From positions 5,084,001 to 5,148,000 of the forward strand of contig OZ059898.1 in the NCBI GenBank assembly GCA_964057225.1: DNA of 64,000 nucleotides, written 5' to 3'. The notes under the pieces are model-generated. The model did not search any database. It was given only the letters and a program-made list of their open reading frames with translations, and had not been told where the DNA came from. The position numbers were made by a program, and so were the translations under genes. The stretch's first letter is position 1. Each line of letters begins with the position of its first letter. The stretch is from Auanema rhodensis. Lineage: Eukaryota > Animalia > Nematoda. Positions 59,967 to 64,000 of this stretch are shown here, in pieces.

Positions 59967-62900
59967 CCTATAATAATTTTTTTATGTTCAATATCAATTA
60001 TTGTATCATGTCCATTATTTCTCGCGATTGCCTTCTTTGAATTACAAATAACATTAAATAGTTTGAAAAGCAGGAGAAGTCAGTACCATAGTCTTGCATT
60101 TAAACATTTTTATCAGCAATAAAAGCCAAAGGCGCTACCACTGAATATGACATTAACGAATAACAGTATGGTTCGTCACGTTATTCGGCAATTATATCAC
60201 ATTTTTTCATACGGTAGCTCTGCAACCAATAACATGAACCGGAACATTATATGTTAATTTTCATTTTGTTCAACGAATCACTTTATCCATCACACCTTGC
60301 TTTAGGAGCCGATTGACACGTGTATCACAAAAGGAAAAAAAAACAAATAATATTGTTCTATTTTAGAATGCAATAGCTATCAAGTTTCAACAAAAAATGT
60401 CTTTTGCTAGTTCGCTTATTTCTTTTTATCAGGTGAGCAAATTGACAGTTTTTTCAGCTGTAAAGCTAAATATATTAGTACTCAGATAAGAGATGGCGAT
60501 AAATTAGCTGTACAACAACAGTTGGAAGCGTATCGCATTTTGTTTACAACCCCAACATAACGTCTTAGGTCCAAAAATTTTCAAAGTTCTTGTTGAATGA
60601 AAAACCGACTATGTTTGAAAGTATCAGGAAGTGTTTTGGTTCTTAATGTTTCTAACTTCCCACATTGGTAACTTGCGGCTTTTACAATACTAGTGGTACA
60701 CGTGCCGTTCTGCTAATTTACGCCAATTCATCATCGAAGAAATAGATCCTAACCACATCTGATCAAGCAAACAAAACTGTACAAGGTCATGAAACTGAGG
60801 TTATGAAAACGTCACAAGGAGGAAAATAAATTGAGAAGTAGGCAAAAGAGACCTAGAAAATTACGCAACGAATCATCTAAAGTTGAACAAGGAAAACCGA
60901 CACCGCATCCGGATATACGCAGATTAACCTCCCGATAGCTGACGCAATATTGACATGCTAGTCCAGTTATGGATAAACTTCACCATGTCTGCGAAGGACA
61001 TCGAGATTAGTTGCGGACAGCAAGGGAACATTCTAATCAGCCAGAATAAAGAAACGCATATGTATTGATATGAAGTACGGAAATAATTAATGTTACACTT
61101 GGCGAAATATCCGTAACCATGGATAGGCTTGTCGTAATGATAAATATGTATGTGTAGCTGACCATAGATAGTACTCAGTTCTATGAACTAGAAGTGTAGA
61201 AATTCAGGCATTTATCAATATGAAGACGTTTATAACGGAAGCAAAAGTAGTGTCCTATTTCTCCATTAAAGTATTTTTTATACTTTTCGAGACAGACACC
61301 TGCTAAGAAAGTTTAGTTGGAGTTTGCTATATTGCTAAACGAACAACTTTCAACAAACTTTAGAAAGTATTCATTTAATAAGAATTGATCTTTAGAGATT
61401 AAGTCTCACTACAAAAGTCGAGTAAAATTTGATAATGTAATCTCGGGACTAACATGAACTTTAAATTAAACTTCAAACTAGATATCCTTACAGAATATAT
61501 TCCGTTTTACATGAAACGTATTACAATATATACCTTATGTGTATTCTAGGTCCTCAAACAACCTTATTCTCAAGGTGATGGTTGACAAAACTTCAAGCTG
61601 CCAAATTGTTGTTGAGGTTCTTGAAACACAAACCCAAACATTGAGCGGCAGAAGCAAAAGACGGAAGCGGGGTGAGAGGTTAATCCTGTTAGGAACATCA
61701 TCATCTCAAGGATGATCCAGATATTTGCACCACTCTTGGCACCTCCACAGTGATATTGACTTTTCGCTGTTAGAATCAATTTTTAATACGGTTAAGTCAC
61801 TGTTCTAGATTATGCAATAGCCAGAGGACGGAGTCTTTGTGTGATATGATGAGGGGAACCGCTAATCCCCTTAGCATACGAAGCCCCTTTGTCGGTCAGT
61901 AACTGCTCGCTCATCACACATTGATAGATAATAAAATGGATCGATCCTAATACAGTTATCGGATTAGAGGAAAAATGTGATTTCTTTATCATTAAGGAAA
62001 ACATTATGAAAAAATGTGAGCAAGAACTATTTTACATGAAGCTAGGGATTTTCTGCATTTCGATCTATATGCAACTAGATAACCAGAAACAGAATGACCC
62101 CGTTTCAAATGTAGAAATGTTATTTTTTAGTTTTTATAAAGTTTATGCTAATTTTAAATTAAATTTAAATGATATTACACTTCTTTCGAAAACTCCTATT
62201 AATTAAATAATTGAATTACAATGCAAAAATTTTGGTCTAACATTACCAATTATTGCAAATTTGATGTTAGCTATTCCATAAACTCTTTCAAATAAGTAGT
62301 CATGTGGTCAAACTCTAAGGTATATTTTATTCCACTATGGTCTCAAGCTTTATACTCAGACAAATGGCCTAAGAATGTGTCCATTCAATGACCGCCTTTG
62401 GGATCCACATAATTGAACTGTAATGAGCAGTTAGTTGTAGCAGCTGAGCTATCATATTTCAACATGTTCTTCCTTGTATTGATGAGCACATTATGAACAA
62501 AACGTTCCCGAAAATTAAATAGTCAAGAGACTGGGGATCAAAGTGTCTATTAGTACACAAAAGTTGAAAGTATCAAAAAATATATCAGTTATTGTTTATG
62601 CATATACTATAAGGTCAAGAGGCCAAATGAAAAAGCGAACTTTAAGTCACGCTGCTAAAAAAAGTAATTAAATCTTGCCCGAAAGCAACTATCGTTAATT
62701 CGCATAGATAATAAATTTCACATTTCTCTATACAGCATTGTACAAAAACAATGAAGGAAGTTTTTTTCAAAAGAGCCGATCTAATGAAACATCGTTTCAA
62801 TTTCGAAAAAAAATTAACAGGTTCCAGATTCATTCAATAAATTTTATATTATAAAGAATCTTGCAGGGTAATTGTTCAAAATATTCTCACAATTAACAGC

Positions 62901-63680
62901 AAATCAATCAGGCTAGTAATATCTTCATTAACTCAGGATAACGACAATTTATGGACTTTATCATTAAGTCACGAAACCATTAATTGAGACGATTATTTGT
63001 CTTATCGTTGTTCAGAAGCGTTAAGGACAATATAAGAACTGAATAGAAGTCGTAAAAAGCAAATACTTTGTTCTTCATGGATATTGCTTACAACTAAATG
63101 TTTCATCCAATGAATTCAGTGACAGTCACTTTTCAATTACACATCACGTTACACACTCGCAGTGAAAACAATGAAATTATTGCGCACACGTTTGGTTCGT
63201 GCCTAACCTCATAAACCTTGGCTTCTAGCACCTGGCTTAGGGTAATCAGTCATCAGCATATCATTGTAATGTCCGAACTCACTCGTAAATGTGTTAGACA
63301 TTGCCTCTACATCTTTCTATATTAAACACTACTAGAGAATTACAACATTCTCTAAGACATCGAACAAGGGTGCATCATCACCTGTCACATTATAAGAACT
63401 TCTAACAAAATATGATTTTTAAATAGTATAGGGATACACGGGAAAAAAATAATGAAAACTATAAGCGAGAAAAAATTACTTACTTCGTAATAGCTCAAAA
63501 GAAAGTTCAACGCCCAAAAATAATTGTCTCTAAATATGGGATATACAATGTTAAACTATTTCTACTACTAGAATATAACATACAAGGTATTTCAACCAAA
63601 ATGTGATCAATTAATTAAAATCATATGCTTTATAGCTTTATACACAATTTTCAAATAATGGGCTGATCACAAAATTTTTA

Positions 63681-64000
63681 TTACCACAATCCCAACTTTG
63701 CTTTTTGCTTTTGTTTCTTTGCCACAACTTCGAACTGCCTATCCTTCCATGAAGATTTTCTCAATTTGATAGGTCGGTTTCCAACATATTTACCGTCCAT
63801 TTCACGCATGGCTCGAGCATAATCCTGAAATAAATAAAAATAATATATTTAAAAACTTTTGCACATACATCAGCATCTTTGAAAGAAACAAAGCCATATC
63901 CTTTACTTTTATTAGTTCGTGAGTCCCGAACAACCTAAAAAATCATTTAAATCTTTTTATCTAATAAATAACCCACCTTTGCACGTTGAAAACTCGGGTA
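63681..64000 (-). CDS. rbm-42: RBM42-type RRM protein, 3' end only (exons 64000-63977, 63934-63869, 63824-63681); gene continues beyond the window
   Basis: YPSFQRAK|VVRDSRTNKSKGYGFVSFKDAD|DYARAMREMDGKYVGNRPIKLRKSSWKDR..KAKLGLW* matches the RBM42 C-terminal RRM. Confidence 0.9.

Noticed and set aside
60100-63600. Possible gene between HGH1 and RBM42 (exon-like patches at ~60740-61070 and ~61550-61900)
   Set aside because: Frames are broken by stops and I could not build a consistent spliced model or recognise a domain. It may be a pseudogene remnant.

Overview
AT-rich, intron-dense eukaryotic DNA from a rhabditid nematode. It shows mostly 40-50 nt introns, TTTCAG/TTTAG acceptors, trans-splice-like acceptors 1-3 nt before several ATGs, and proteins closely resembling C. 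elegans genes. Nine genes were reconstructed by hand. On the minus strand: ssl-1 (p400/Domino/SWR1 ATPase), hut-1 (SLC35B1), a PTF1a/Fer-like bHLH, a MYBBP1A/Pol5-like gene, tbx-2, an HGH1 homologue and the 3' end of RBM42. On the plus strand: a small secreted 6-Cys protein gene nested antisense in a MYBBP1A intron, and sax-2/furry. Main observations: (1) ssl-1 appears to encode both a p400/DOM-A-like isoform (WTPPTPP, SANT, Q-rich tail) and an SRCAP/DOM-B-like isoform (alternative terminal exon with an AT-hook) through one 1.5-kb intron. (2) The same intron holds a ~200-nt GC-rich, strand-specific, multi-helix RNA structure I cannot assign to a known family. (3) The bHLH keeps both C-terminal Trp motifs that PTF1a uses to bind CSL/RBPJ. 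(4) Short introns use AAG 3' splice sites unusually often. (5) Both genes flanking tbx-2 have greatly enlarged introns, as in a genomic regulatory block. All exon models and family assignments come from reading the sequence and recalled motifs; no database search was run.
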